Shown in pieces: positions 49,549 to 61,099 of a DNA stretch of 64,000 nucleotides. The stretch is from Mobula hypostoma (Eukaryota), in contig NC_086097.1 of NCBI RefSeq assembly GCF_963921235.1, forward strand, positions 225,372,001-225,436,000. Reading direction: 5' to 3'. A model generated the notes under the pieces. That model saw only the letters and a program-made list of their open reading frames with translations, did not search any database and was not told the DNA's origin. Numbering within the stretch: position 1 is the first letter of the stretch; the number at the start of each line of letters is the position of its first letter. A program made the translations under genes and the position numbers.

Positions 49549-50218
49549 GGAGAAGAAGATGGCGGCACGACACAGCGTGCGCAGCCTCTCCAGTGAAATG
49601 ATATCATATTTGTTAAATAGGGGGCCGTGCACAATTCTGATTTGATGAAAACAGACGTGAGAAGCACGGAGGAACTTCTGGAGAAATTTCTGAAATGCCC
49701 GGTTCGCTACCGCTGCTACTGTGCGATCGAGAATCTCCGGAGGGTAGGCTCCAAATCCTCGGCTTTGCCTGTTGCTGGTAGCCGGGGCTGGGGTCGAAGC
49801 GCTTGGCAGAGATGGTGTTCGGTGCTTGGTGTCGGAGGGCTGGTCAGAGGCGCGAAGTTTTCGGATGACTCAGAGTCAGACTGTGGTCGGGTGCTTCCAG
49901 GATGCTGCATCGGCAAGTTTGCGGCGCTGGAAGCATGGCAGGGAGAGTTTTCTTCCTTCTCCCCTCTGCGTGAGATCATGGGACTTTCGAGAGACTTTGA
50001 ACTTTTTTTTACCGTGCCCATGGTCTGGTCTTCATCAAGTTATGGTATTGCTTGCACTGTTGTAATTATATGTTATAATTATGTGGTTTTTGTCAGTTTT
50101 TCAGTCTTGGTCTGTCTTGTGTTTCTGTGATATCACACCGGAGGAACATTGTATTATTTCTTAATGCATGCATTACTAAATGACAATGAAAGAGAACTGC
50201 GTGTCCTCATAATCTAAT
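49549..50218 (+). mobile_element. CpG-rich non-autonomous retroelement starting AAGATGGCGG
   Basis: Abrupt CpG-rich 670-bp block with a YY1-like 5' motif and a LINE-like 3' end (AAATGACAATGAAAGAG..CATAATCTAAT). No RT homology. Confidence 0.65.
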
Positions 50219-51664
50219 AAAAAGTTCAGGGAAATTATAGTGTGAATTAGAACTACAATTGTGAACTAGAAGTAAGAACCACAAAACAATTCATACTTCC
50301 AGGAATGAATTAATCTCCTTCCACAGCTTCCACTATTTGAAATTTCTGGCCTTTGAAGACACTCCTATCATTGGAACTTATTTCTAAAAGGAGTTCAAGT
50401 GTGGTTTGAACATTTTTTAGAGGACATGTATTTGCCAGAATTGGATTGGGGCATAGAATTGTTATTTTCCTTGTATTTTTCTTATAGTTTAACTTTTCTA
50501 CGCTTGCTAGTATTTTATATAAACACCTAAATACATTCAATGATTTTTCCAGTAATTATAGCACAGTTGCTTCTGTATTTTTCTGAAACTTCTTTGTTTT
50601 CTGTAGCAGGAGTCACGCCAGTTGAATCTGGCTATTTTAAAGGTTAATGGTTATCACTGAAATTTTTGTTATCTCCAGTCTGAGTCTGAGATGACAACAA
50701 TTGCTTTTTCCTTTATTTTGTTTTCTTTGTTCTCTCAGCTCCTCTTTATTGTTTGCTTTCTCTTCTTGTAACACTTAACAAAATGACTGCAAGCATTAAG
50801 TTTTATGCCTTATTCTTGACTTCTGAAGAACCTTTGGAATGCCGAAGTATCGGAAACCAACACCAGCCATTGCAACACACTCCACTGTGCGTGTTCAGCC
50901 ACATGGGGTCCAACAATGAAGCATGCATGCACTGGAGTGAAGATCCTTACAGATGTGCACCCGAGCTGGCAGATACATCAAGGGCAATTACATTCATTTG
51001 ATCAGAATAACCAGTCTTGTGGGAAAAGCAAAATGCACGAAAGCTCCCATTTTTTAAAATCTTACTTAAACTTTGTTAATATTTTATACATTAATTTTTA
51101 ATGATAATCATATTTTTGACATTTACATGTTTAGTTTTTCTTGAATTATTTAAATAACGTAATGGTTTTTAACTGTCTCTATTAGACACTTCTGAAATGG
51201 GTCAAAGACCTTTGAAAGTGGCAAAGTTATCAGGGCTTTCCTGGAGTGGAGCCTAAGGATACATTCTCTGAGGCCAATGTACCTTATAGATACTGCTTTT
51301 CCTCACCAGGCATCTCCTGGGTGTGATCATTAGTTAATCCTCCCCACTCCATCAAGGAAATACAAGTGTGGGTGGGGTGGCTGGCTAGCAGATACCATGG
51401 GCTTGGTCCAGTATGATCCAGACCGTTTACTTAACTCCTTACCTTACATCATCAATTCCAAATATTGTTCTGTTTTTTTATATTTCTGTCAATAAATTAC
51501 TATTGTATCACTCAAAGGTTTGACACTATAATTTAAAATCATTATATTTTTGATTAAAATATTAATTTTTGTTTAGTTTTTCACTTTAAAGTATAATATT
51601 GAGTATTTAAAAATATTTTTGCCTATAAGCACATATTCCTCCAGGAGGACCACAAGCTTTTCAT

Positions 51665-51973
51665 TGAGTTTGGAGTCTTGTATGCCTCAGTGACCCAGAG
51701 AGCTATGCTGGCTGGAGTCAGGGCCTTGTGCTTTGGCCCTTGGTAGGGTCACCCATGCCAAACAGGTCAAAGGGTAGAAGCCAGACTAAGAGTGGTCCAC
51801 CAGTCCTCCAGGTTCGGGGGTTCAGCTCAGGGCTGACAACCCTGACTGGTAAATTGTTACAGAAACAGCAATGGAGAACTCTGAACAGCGATGTGTGTGC
51901 AATGGTGTGGACAGAGATGGAGGACCTTCATTGCTGCCCTAAACACCAGCAGCGTAATAGCTAGTAAGTTAAG
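51665..51973 (+). mobile_element. Bipartite RTE-derived short element (RTE 5'UTR plus RTE 3' tail)
   Basis: GAGCTATGCTG..GGTAGGGTCACCCATGCCAAACAGGTC..CCAGACTAAGAGTGGTCCAC resembles BovB/Expander-type 5'UTRs. The 3' end is GATGGAGGACCTTCATTGCTGCCCTA..(TAAG)n. Confidence 0.7.
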
Positions 51974-53251
51974 CATAAGCACAATTGCTGCGGTTCAGAC
52001 AGATTTGTCAGTGAGTTTAAGCAGAATCTTGATGACTAAGCCACTTTTCAAAGCTGGAGCAGTTCTGGCCATTATTTTTGAGGATTCACTAACTGTGCCA
52101 AAAATAGAAGTTCACCCCCTATGTGCATTGTTGTGTGGCAGTAATTGGACCCTGTTTACTCTGCATATTTAATATTTGTGAAGTATGGTGACAACATTGA
52201 TACATTTTACTACTCATCCTAATTAGCTCAGCCAGGAAATTGAAAAGATGCCTGGTGAAGAGAGTTGTCGATGTGCCTCTCTGTTTCCTCGCTTACAAAT
52301 AAAAACGTTACTTCGTTTTTCTCTTCAGTCATTCACACCATAGCCTTGGCTTTATCAGCACTCAGTTTTCTTTCAGATTAGTTTGTTCTTCAGCGAAACC
52401 GTAGATTAGTTCTGTAATCAGCCACATTCAAGGTTAATAGTAATTAAACTTGCTGTAGCTAAATGACCTGCAGTACTTAGAGGCATGAGCCTTTTCATTG
52501 ACATAAACCTCCATATAGGTTCAAACAAAATGCTTTGATAATAGCAAAACCCTTGATTTAGGTATAATCTGTAATCTTCTTTCTTTGTGTCATTAGTATA
52601 ACTTTATCAATGAAGCAGGCATTAATAAAATGCAATCCATTAAATGCTTTGAAAGAACAGTCTCTTTTCTGAAAAAAAAACCTCACATAATAAGATAGCA
52701 ATGCTTTGTGCATACCACAGCTTTTAGAAATTACTGCTTTACAAAAGGAGCTTTACAGAACACAGTGGCTGTTATATTCCACTTGATCAGTGGTGGTAGA
52801 TTTTCCCGAGGAAATCTCATTGCAGATTTAATTTATATATTTCTAGATGGGGCAAGAATTTTTTTTGAGGCACATTTATTTCCACTGGTTTTCTGTCAGG
52901 ATTTTTTTTAACCCACAATAAAACTGGAATGAGTCCCTGTCTAGAATCCTATTGCACCAAGAATAAAGGTTTGAGCCTGGAAATCACTTAGAGAATTACA
53001 TCAGATTTCTCACCCTGTTATTTTGTTGGAGACAGAATGGAACTTTATATTAAATCAATTAACACCTCTGTTAAAATTTCAAAAGGAATCTGAAATACTG
53101 ACGATCCATATGCTAATATTTCTCACAGTAATTTTCAAGTTTCTGTCCTGTAAAAACTAAAGGAACTTGGGTCATTAAATGAATATTATCAAGCATGGAA
53201 AGTGCGTTTTACATATTGGTTGTGATCAACATTTCGATCTTTAAGGTTTTT

Positions 53252-53835
53252 GGATCTTTAAGGTTGTCACATCCGGGGAAGGCAGTGGGGAAATGCTCCT
53301 AATACCTACAGTATTAAATGCTCCCAATGGCATGCGTCTCAAATACCCTCTGACAACCAAGACAGATTTCTGGGCTTCACATGTGGCATAGCTACAAAGC
53401 CAGTAGAACCATTTTCTACTGACAGGAGAAGGGGCAAAGGTGGGTTACTGGTGCAGGAAAATCAGTCGCTTCGGGCAGATGGTGCTTGTCAGCCATGGTT
53501 GGAGCTCATCTCAGAAAAGGAAAACTCTGATCTTAAACCTCCACGGCCTTGCCACTATACCCTGTCATGGGGAAGGCTTTGGGAGCAAACCTCGGGAAAA
53601 TTCTGGAACTGGAGTCCCTAATGCAGTCCTAAACTGACTAGAAACTCCTGCGATGACGCTGGTGCCAAACTGTATCGGCCTCTCCAGTTCCTTTAGATTC
53701 ATCATCTTTGTGGAGAGGGGAAGCCTATTAGATGGGCAGCAGCTGCCTCTCCAGCTTGTAATGCCCTGGATTACGCATGATGTAGCCATCTGGGACACAA
53801 TAACCATAGTCAACCTTAACCAATGGAGGGCCTCA
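53252..53835 (+). mobile_element. Non-autonomous RTE-type short element, family A copy 2 (decayed HDV-like 5' fold)
   Basis: Colinear with the reverse complement of 4434-5013. P1 GGATCT / AGAACC, L3 TTCACAT, then ACTGA-CAGGAG. Confidence 0.75.
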
Positions 53836-53939
53836 TATGATCAGAAATCTTATTGCCTCCTAAATCTAGCTCCTAAGTTTTATTATCTTAATGCTAGTGG
53901 TCCAAAAAAAAAGCACTATCATATATCAGGTAACAAGCA

Positions 53940-55265
53940 CTATCATGTAACATATTTGAACGACAGGCATTATGTCGCAGACATCTCAATAATAAGCAAA
54001 TGCTTTGAGAGGCTGGTCAAGGACTACATCTGCAGCTTGCTGCCACCCACACAGGACCCCCTACAATTTGCCTCCTGACACAACCGATCGACAGATGATG
54101 CAATAGACAGAGCTCTTCACATCGTCCTTATCCACCTGGAGAAGAGGGATACTTATGTGAGAATACTGTTCTTGGACTACAGTTCGGCATTCAACATCAT
54201 AATTCCCTCCAGGCTCGACAAGAAGCTCAGAGACCTTTGCCTTCTCCCTGTCCTGTGTAGCTGGATCCTGGACTTCCTGTCAGATTGCCGGCAGGGGGTA
54301 AGAGTGGGCTCCCTCACCTCTGCCCCTCTGACCCTCAACACGGGTGCCCCTCAGGGCTGTGTCCTAAGCCCCCTCCTTTACTCTCTGTATACCCATGACT
54401 GTGTCGCCACCCACAGCTCCAATCTGCTAATTAAATTTGCTGACGACACTATACTGATTGGCCTAATTTCCAGTAATAATGAGGCAACCTACAGAGAGGA
54501 AGTCATCACCCTGACACAGCGGTGTCAAGAAAACAACCTCAATGTCGCAAAACCAAAGAAGCTGGTTGTGGACTACAGGAGGAATGGAGGCAACAAACCC
54601 CTATTGACGTCAATGGATCTGGGGTTGAGAGGGTGAACAGCTTTAAGTTCCTCAGCATACACATCACCGAGGATCTCACGTGGACTGTACGTACAGGCTG
54701 TGTGGTGAAAAAGGCACAACAGCACCTCTTTCACCTCAGATGGTTGAAGGAGTTTGGTATGGGCCCCCAGATCCTAAGAAATTTCTACAGAGTCACAGTT
54801 GAGAGCTTCCTGACTGGCTGCATCACTGCCTGGTGTGGGAACTGTACTCCCCTCAATCACAGGACTCTGCAAAGAGTGGTGTGGACAGCCCAGCACATCT
54901 GTAGATGTGAACTTCCCACTATTTAGGACATTTACAGAGACAGGTGTGTAAAAAGGGCCCAAAGGATCATTGGGAACCCGAGTCACCTCAACCACAAACT
55001 GTTCCAGCTACTACCAGTCAGGAAACAGCACCACAGTTACCAGGACCAAAAGGCTCCTGGACAGTTTCTTCCACCAGGCCATCAGACTGATTAATTCATA
55101 CTGATACAATTGTATCCCTATGTTATATCGACTGTCCTGTTGTACATACTATTTATTATAAATTACTAGAAATTGCACATTGCACATTTAAACGGAGACG
55201 TAATGTAAAGATTTTTACTCCTCATGTATATGAAAGATGTAAGAAATAATGTCAATTTAATTCAA
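53940..55265 (+). mobile_element. Rex1/Babar LINE, 5'-truncated (RT domain to 3' tail)
   Basis: ORFs 54157-54636 ([36 protein letters not shown]) and 54522-54926, with a (TTCAA)-type tail. Confidence 0.95.
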
Positions 55266-56040
55266 TCTGGGTCTTACTTTAATGCTTCTTAGGCAAATCC
55301 TTACAATTGAAGATGACCTGTATGCATTTCAGTTGTTTAGGTTCCTAGAAGATTGATAAAGTCAATGTTAGTCCCACAGCCTATTCCATCGGTGGCCAGG
55401 CAGTATTGAAGGGATGGATTATTGTGTAGCTTGGGAGGAGGAGTGTTCTCTCCATCACATTCTGGGGGTTTGTGTCCTCCCAAAAATGAACTCAATCATC
55501 TTCAAGCAATCCCATTTTGATCTTTTTCCCTTTTGATCTACTCACGGCTCTCCCTGAATCAGTGGAAATGTTACACAATTTGAAAACAACCTTGAATCTT
55601 TTGCAATGCTCCTCGTGTACTTTCTTGCCAGGATAGAGCTTGGAAGAAAATAATTTGGGGCAATGGTGTGGAAATGTAGCCAGTGCAGGCTGCCCATCAG
55701 AGTTGACTGAGTTGAAGTAGGGTCTTTGGCATAGGGGATGTTGGCTTGGAAAAAACACCATCAGTGGGTTTAAAGGATGTTTACAGAAATGTTTTATATG
55801 GTATCTCTCCAGTGTCTTCCAGTGCTCTCTCTAGATGGTCCTGTAACATGTTGGAGTTCATGGATCACTACTGCCTGGCAATGTTCCCTTTAATTTGTAA
55901 TGACCAGTGTGCGCAAATATCTTGTGCTGTGCAACGTTTTGCCCAGTGACAACAATGTGTGTGCTCTGAATAACTTCTTCATGAAAACCAGTATAAATAA
56001 GCCAGATCTAAAATCTGTAGACAAACTATCGCAAACTCAC

Positions 56041-56066
56041 GTTGCCAAGACCATCCGCATCAGCAT
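56041..56066 (-). CDS. Candidate 26-nt micro-exon of an unidentified minus-strand host gene
   Basis: Minus strand TCTCAC(branch)..ATTTCCTTTTCCAG | ATGCTGATGCGGATGGTCTTGGCAAC | GTGAGT. Two frames are open (xADADGLGN or MLMRMVLAT) and the surroundings are unique, TE-free sequence. No homology recognised. Confidence 0.45.
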
Positions 56067-56379
56067 CTGGAAAAGGAAATGTGCCTGTGTGAGATCGTGA
56101 AATATACTCAACATGCCAACAAGGTAATGAGTTTATTGTCAAAATTTCCTTGCATGCTAAAGTATAGGAAGTGATCTACAATTACAATCTTCAAAGTCTT
56201 GTCATGGATCTTTATTGAACCACAGCAATGTTTGCGTGCACGTAAATGCGCACATGTAAGGAGTGTTCTCTGTCACAATGCTGCATTATTTGTTGCACTA
56301 CCTAATTTTGTTTCAGTTTTGTTTTTTTTGTGAAAGTAGTTGCACATTTACAGTTTTTAAATGTAAAACTATTACAACA

Positions 56380-56550
56380 CCAGGGACTCGTGTTCAGCTC
56401 TGCCACCGTCTCTAAGGAGTTTGTACATTCTCCCCGTGACCATATGGGTTTCCTCCCACATTCCAAAGGTGTACGGGTTAGTCACATGGGTGTTAATGGT
56501 GGTGTAGGCTTGTTGGGCCTGAAGGGCCTGTTACCATATTTATCTCTAAA
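56380..56550 (+). mobile_element. V-domain SINE fragment
   Basis: TAAGGAGTTTGTACATTCTCCCCGTGACCATATGGGTTTCCTCCCACATTCCAAAG plus the tail GGGCCTGAAGGGCCTGTTACC. Confidence 0.8.
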
Positions 56551-56641
56551 TCTAAAGCTACTTAGTATTTCAGGCAGCATTAGAGAGATAAACAGCTAAC
56601 ATTTCAAGTATTTGCACTATTTTGTGTTTTGTTGTCTGAAT

Positions 56642-56912
56642 GACCCGGCTGGTGGCATAATGGCATCAGTGCAGGAATTTGGGATGAAAGGTCCCAGGTT
56701 CGAATCCAGCCAGCCGGCTCCTCTGCATGCTTTCCATCCTTGCTAGGTTACGAGCTGGTGATATCTTTGGAAATTCACCCGGCAGAAAGCAATGGCAAAC
56801 CACTGCTGTAACTTGTCTCTTATGCGGTTCCCCAATACGTCAGAGAGGCGTGGAGGGAAATCGTCTGCTAACCGGAGAAACTCCGGATGCGATGTACCTT
56901 TCCTTTCCTATT
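56642..56912 (+). mobile_element. tRNA-derived SINE with intact Pol III boxes and an RTE-type internal motif
   Basis: A box TGGCATAATGG (56653-56663), B box GGTTCGAATCC (56697-56707), GCAATGGCAAACCACT (Bov-A/RTE 5'UTR-like) and a (CCTTT)n tail. Confidence 0.8.
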
Positions 56913-56934
56913 GTCCTATTGTCCTATTCAACTT

Positions 56935-57260
56935 AAGACTATAAGATATAGGAGAAGAAGTAGGCTATTCGGCCCATCGAGTCTGCTCCGCCATTCAGTC
57001 ATGGGTTAATCCAATTCTTCCAGTCATCCTTTCTCCCCATACCCTTTGAAACTTTGACCCTAGATTCTAAAGGCTGATCATTAATACACTAATCTACTGC
57101 AACGTTATGTCCTCCAAAAGCACTGCTTTAGTATAACTTACATAAGGTCATTCCACCACCTTGCACTGCCTTAAATGCACCCAATGACGGCCTCCACAGC
57201 CGCTCGTGGGAACAAATTTCACAGATTTACCACCCTCTGACTAAAGTAATTTCTCTGCTT
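56935..57260 (-). mobile_element. CR1 3' fragment containing a foreign 118-bp insert
   Basis: Reverse complement of the CR1 end at 44700-44956, except that 57052-57169 matches 59260-59377 instead. Confidence 0.85.
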
Positions 57261-57878
57261 GAGGATAGAAGCTGAGGTGATCTTAGCTCTGGAGTGGTGG
57301 TGATGTTGGTTTAACAGTTCCCCATTTGTAGATTAGCTCCACTCCAGTGAAAATCTTGTTACAGCAGGAATGCAGCATTGCTGCAAGAGAGATTGAAAAA
57401 AGTGTTTCAGGCCTTTGATGCAATCTTGTTTGACATCAGTCTGCACTGAAATCGGATCTATTGCGAACCTATTGGTTCAGATCACAGCTTTCCTGACATT
57501 ATGAAGCACACAAAAGATGGAGCCCATTATTTTGTTGTGGACAAACTCTGTAGTTTCTCTAGATTGACATATTCAAAGGCTTTGGTGAGGTCAAAAAAGA
57601 CCACTTACAGTGGTAGAATTTCTCAGAGTAAACATGCAGGGATGTTGAGATGTTTTGCTCTGTCTAAGATGCAACAAATATTATTTTGCAGGTTGATGTG
57701 ACACACAACAAATACCTACAGCATTCTCCCAGCAGAAGGTAGGGTAAGTGACTAGTTCGTTCTGTTTTTTGGGAGTGTTTAGCTAACACCTCTAATTGCT
57801 TTTGTTCGAATATTGCTGTGCGACTTTTTCCATCTGTTCTCCCAGAGATAAGTAAGTGAATACAGCTGAGAAAATCAT

Positions 57879-58395
57879 AAACACACAAAAAAATCTGCAG
57901 ATACTGGAAATCCAGAGCAACACACACAAAATTCTGGAGGAAATCAGCAGGTCAGGGAGTGTCTGTGGAAAAGAATAGACAGTCGATGTTTCAGGCCGAG
58001 ATCCTTCATCAGGACTCAGAGGGAAGGGGGGAGAAGACTAAATTAAAAGGTGGGGGGAGGGGGGAGGAAAGATGCTAGCTGTAAGGTGATAGTCGAAGCC
58101 AGGTGGGGTGGGAGAGATCAAGGGCTGGAGAAGAAAGATTCTGATAGGAGAGGAGAGAGTGGACAATGGGAGAAAAGGAAGGAGAAGTGGAACCAGGGGG
58201 AAGTAATAGCCAGGTGAGAAGAAGTAAAAGGTCAGTGTAGGGAATAGAGGAGGGGGGGTAGTTTTTGCCCACCAGAAGAAGTAGACATCAAGTTGGAGAG
58301 TACCCAGATGGAATTCAAGGTGTTACTCCTCCACCCTAAAGGTAGCCTCATCTTGGCACGAGGATTGACATGTCGGAACGGGAGCTGAGAAAATA
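57879..58395 (-). mobile_element. Penelope-like element 3' end (GIY-YIG remnant, pLTR, tail)
   Basis: AAACACACAAAAAAATCTGCAGATACTGGAAATCCAGAGCAACACACACAAAATTCTGGAGGAA is homologous to the reverse complement of 39660-39719, followed by a purine-rich tract. Confidence 0.8.
57981..58016 (-). ncRNA. Minimal type-I hammerhead ribozyme motif
   Basis: Minus strand AGTC-CTGATGA-AGG ATCTCGG CCT-GAAA-CA-TC-GACT: 4-bp stem I, intact core, 3-bp stem II. Stem III is ACAT, consistent with CpG decay of ACGT. Confidence 0.7.
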
Positions 58396-58429
58396 CGCTC
58401 ATTAACTGTACCGAGGTGCAGTGCCTACA

Positions 58430-58710
58430 TCCAAGTGCCATGGTAGCAGAGAAGTTAGCATGATGCTATTACAGCTCAGGGCATTCCAGAGTTTGGAGTT
58501 CAACTCCGATGCCATCTGTAAGGAATTTTTAAGTTCTTCCCATGAGCTGTGTGGGTTTCTTCCTGGCTCTTTGCTGTCCTCCTACAATCCAAAGACTTAC
58601 TGGTTAGTAGTTTAATTGCTCATTGTAAATTGTCTAGTGTTAAATAGGTGGGTTCCTGGGCGGTGTGGCATGTTAAGCTGGAAGCGCCTGTTCTGTGTTC
58701 TGTTTCTGAA
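58430..58710 (+). mobile_element. V-domain SINE
   Basis: GGAGTTCAACTCC B-box-like, a V-domain remnant and a CR1-type tail. Confidence 0.7.
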
Positions 58711-60399
58711 TAAAGACTAAACTTCTCCACAGTTATAGATTTGCAAAGAGTTCTTCATCTGCCTTTTAGCACAATTACTCCTTTGAATTCTGGTAACTTC
58801 ATAATATTTTGCCATAAACAAAGTACAGAGAACAATGTTTTGTTTCCTACTACCGAAAAACACAGACTAAGCTATTGTATTTTTGTATTTCTTTCAGTAA
58901 TGGTAAAAAGAACAGAATCTATCATGCATAAGACTGTAGTCTCGACCCTCCAAACTATTTCCTTTAGAGATAAGCTTTGGTAGGCTACGCACTGCTGGGA
59001 ATATAGGACTGCTGGGTTTATATCAATGCTGTTTCTTGGCTCAAAAATCCATTCATAGTATAGATGTACAAGAGCATGTGTTCAGAATATTTTTTTTCTT
59101 TTTTATTCTTTTTAGAATAAAAGGTTTTTTTTATGTTTTACAAAAATACGATGAACAATGTAAATATGAGCTTGCCAAATAATGAGCAGCTTCATGGAAC
59201 CTCCGTGAATGACACATTCCACATCAGAGAAAATCTTTCATTTCATCAATCTGATCAAGCTTTGACCCTGGATCCTAAAGGCTGATCATTAATGCACTAA
59301 TCTACTGCAATGTTAAGACCTCCAAAAGCACTGTTTTAGTATAATTTACATAAGGTCATTCGGCCACTTTGCACTGCATTGAAACTTGAAATTATCATTT
59401 GAATATGAGGGCACAATTCATATGCATCTGGCTGACCATACGCATTAGTGGTGCAGTAGAGTATTCAGTAATGAAACATAAGTAATACTTTACAGTTCAC
59501 AATGGGAAAATATAATACAGATATTATTCTTTTTGTTTTGGATAACGCTTATTTATTTTGAATGCTCCTATTTAGGAATAGACTTTGTCATTATAGATTC
59601 TGTAATTCTTTTGAATAAAAATTTGTTATGCATATTTTAACGATTTTGAGGTAAGTTTGTGTGAATACTCTCAAGCAAGCACAATGGGAAAAGCCCACTG
59701 ATTCCAACTTGACCGGCTTGGCTGAATAAGCTTGAAGAGCTGGGAATCATTTTAGTCCGACCCACACACACTTGTGGGGTCTACCATTGTGCTTGCCATT
59801 TTTCATTGGTGTACTTAATTGATTTTGGCAGGAAGTAGGGGAGAGCCACTTGAGTTGGTTGGAGAGACATTGGTGTGAACATTCAAATGACAACTTCAGA
59901 ATCTGTGAGGTTTCCATGGAAGCATAATGTGATTTCACTTATCAACTGGATGTATGTAGAAGAGATTAGCCATGATTTACAAAGAATGCTATAATTAAGT
60001 TGTGCAAACCAAATAATTTGTCATTTCATGTTGCTTATCCATTTTACCTATATAAGTAAGAGTTTAAATTAAATGCATGTAAAGTTAGTATGAGTTGCAA
60101 ATATTATTGTCACCCTCATGCTCTGCAAACATATCAAATCTCACAAAATATTTCTGCTAAATTTCAGCTCCAAGGTTACTTTACAACCACAAGTGTAATC
60201 AAAAAACACTGAACTCCAACCTAGCCAAGAATTTAAACTCAATTCTTCAAAATTAAAATAATATATTAAAGCAACTAATAAGATGACTCTGGTCTTCTGA
60301 TCAGCTATCATTTTTAAGTCTCCATCCCAAACTCATCCCTGTCTTACTTTATTATAACAAAGCTCAAGGAACCGCCTTTGACTAGGCACGTTATGCAAC

Positions 60400-60685
60400 G
60401 TGATAGCTTAGTGAATAGTTCAATCGCCTTACGTTACCAGTGATTACTAACTGGGTGTAAGAAATTTGCACTTTCTGCCCATGACCGCATGGGTTTCCAT
60501 CAGCTGTTCCAGCTTCCTCCCTCATTCCAAAGATGTACAGTTAGGGTTAGTGAGTTGTGGACACGTTACGTTAACACAGCAAGCGTGGCTGTTCTAGCAC
60601 AATTCTTGGGCTGGGATGGTTGTTGACACAAAATGACAGATTTGGTATTTTGATCTACATGTGATTAATAAAACCAATATTTATG
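60400..60685 (+). mobile_element. V-domain SINE
   Basis: AAGAAATTTGCACTTTCTGCCCATGACCGCATGGGTTTCC..TTCCAAAGATGTAC, with the same tail as 38890-39215. Confidence 0.7.
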
Positions 60686-61099
60686 TTTGCAGTCATCTCG
60701 ACTCAACACTGATTCCAACAGTTTCAAAGAACCACCATTTTGTGACAGAAATGTCATTAATCTGTAAATTCAATTCTGTATATTTCTCCATAGTTGCTGC
60801 TTGGTCTGCTGAACATTTTCAATATCCTCTTTCATTTTAGATTTCCAGCAGATGAATATTTTGTATCTCATAATATATAACATAACTTAATTTTCCTGAC
60901 TTCTTTTCTCTTTCTACTTACATCTCCTCCTGATAATTGATGCAATCAGCAAGCTAACACTACCCATTCTCCTCAGCCATGTCCAGTTTTGTGTCATTCA
61001 GTCTCTCGTGATTTCCAGTCTATCACAGATATTCCTCTTGTTCTCCCCATTCCTCCTGATTTGCTGGAACTCAAAACAAATTGGTTTCTGTTCTAGAAT

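Noticed and set aside
49627..50130. 167-aa ORF / CpG-island promoter of a gene
   Set aside because: It lies wholly within a repeat-like element with a LINE-type tail and has no recognisable protein features.
50595..50745. Plus-strand acceptors (TTTTCTGTAGCAG, TTCTCTCAG)
   Set aside because: No convincing donor or coding frame follows, and such tracts are common in T-rich DNA.
56642..56715. tRNA gene
   Set aside because: A/B boxes are present, but there is no complete cloverleaf or T-run terminator. It continues into a SINE body.
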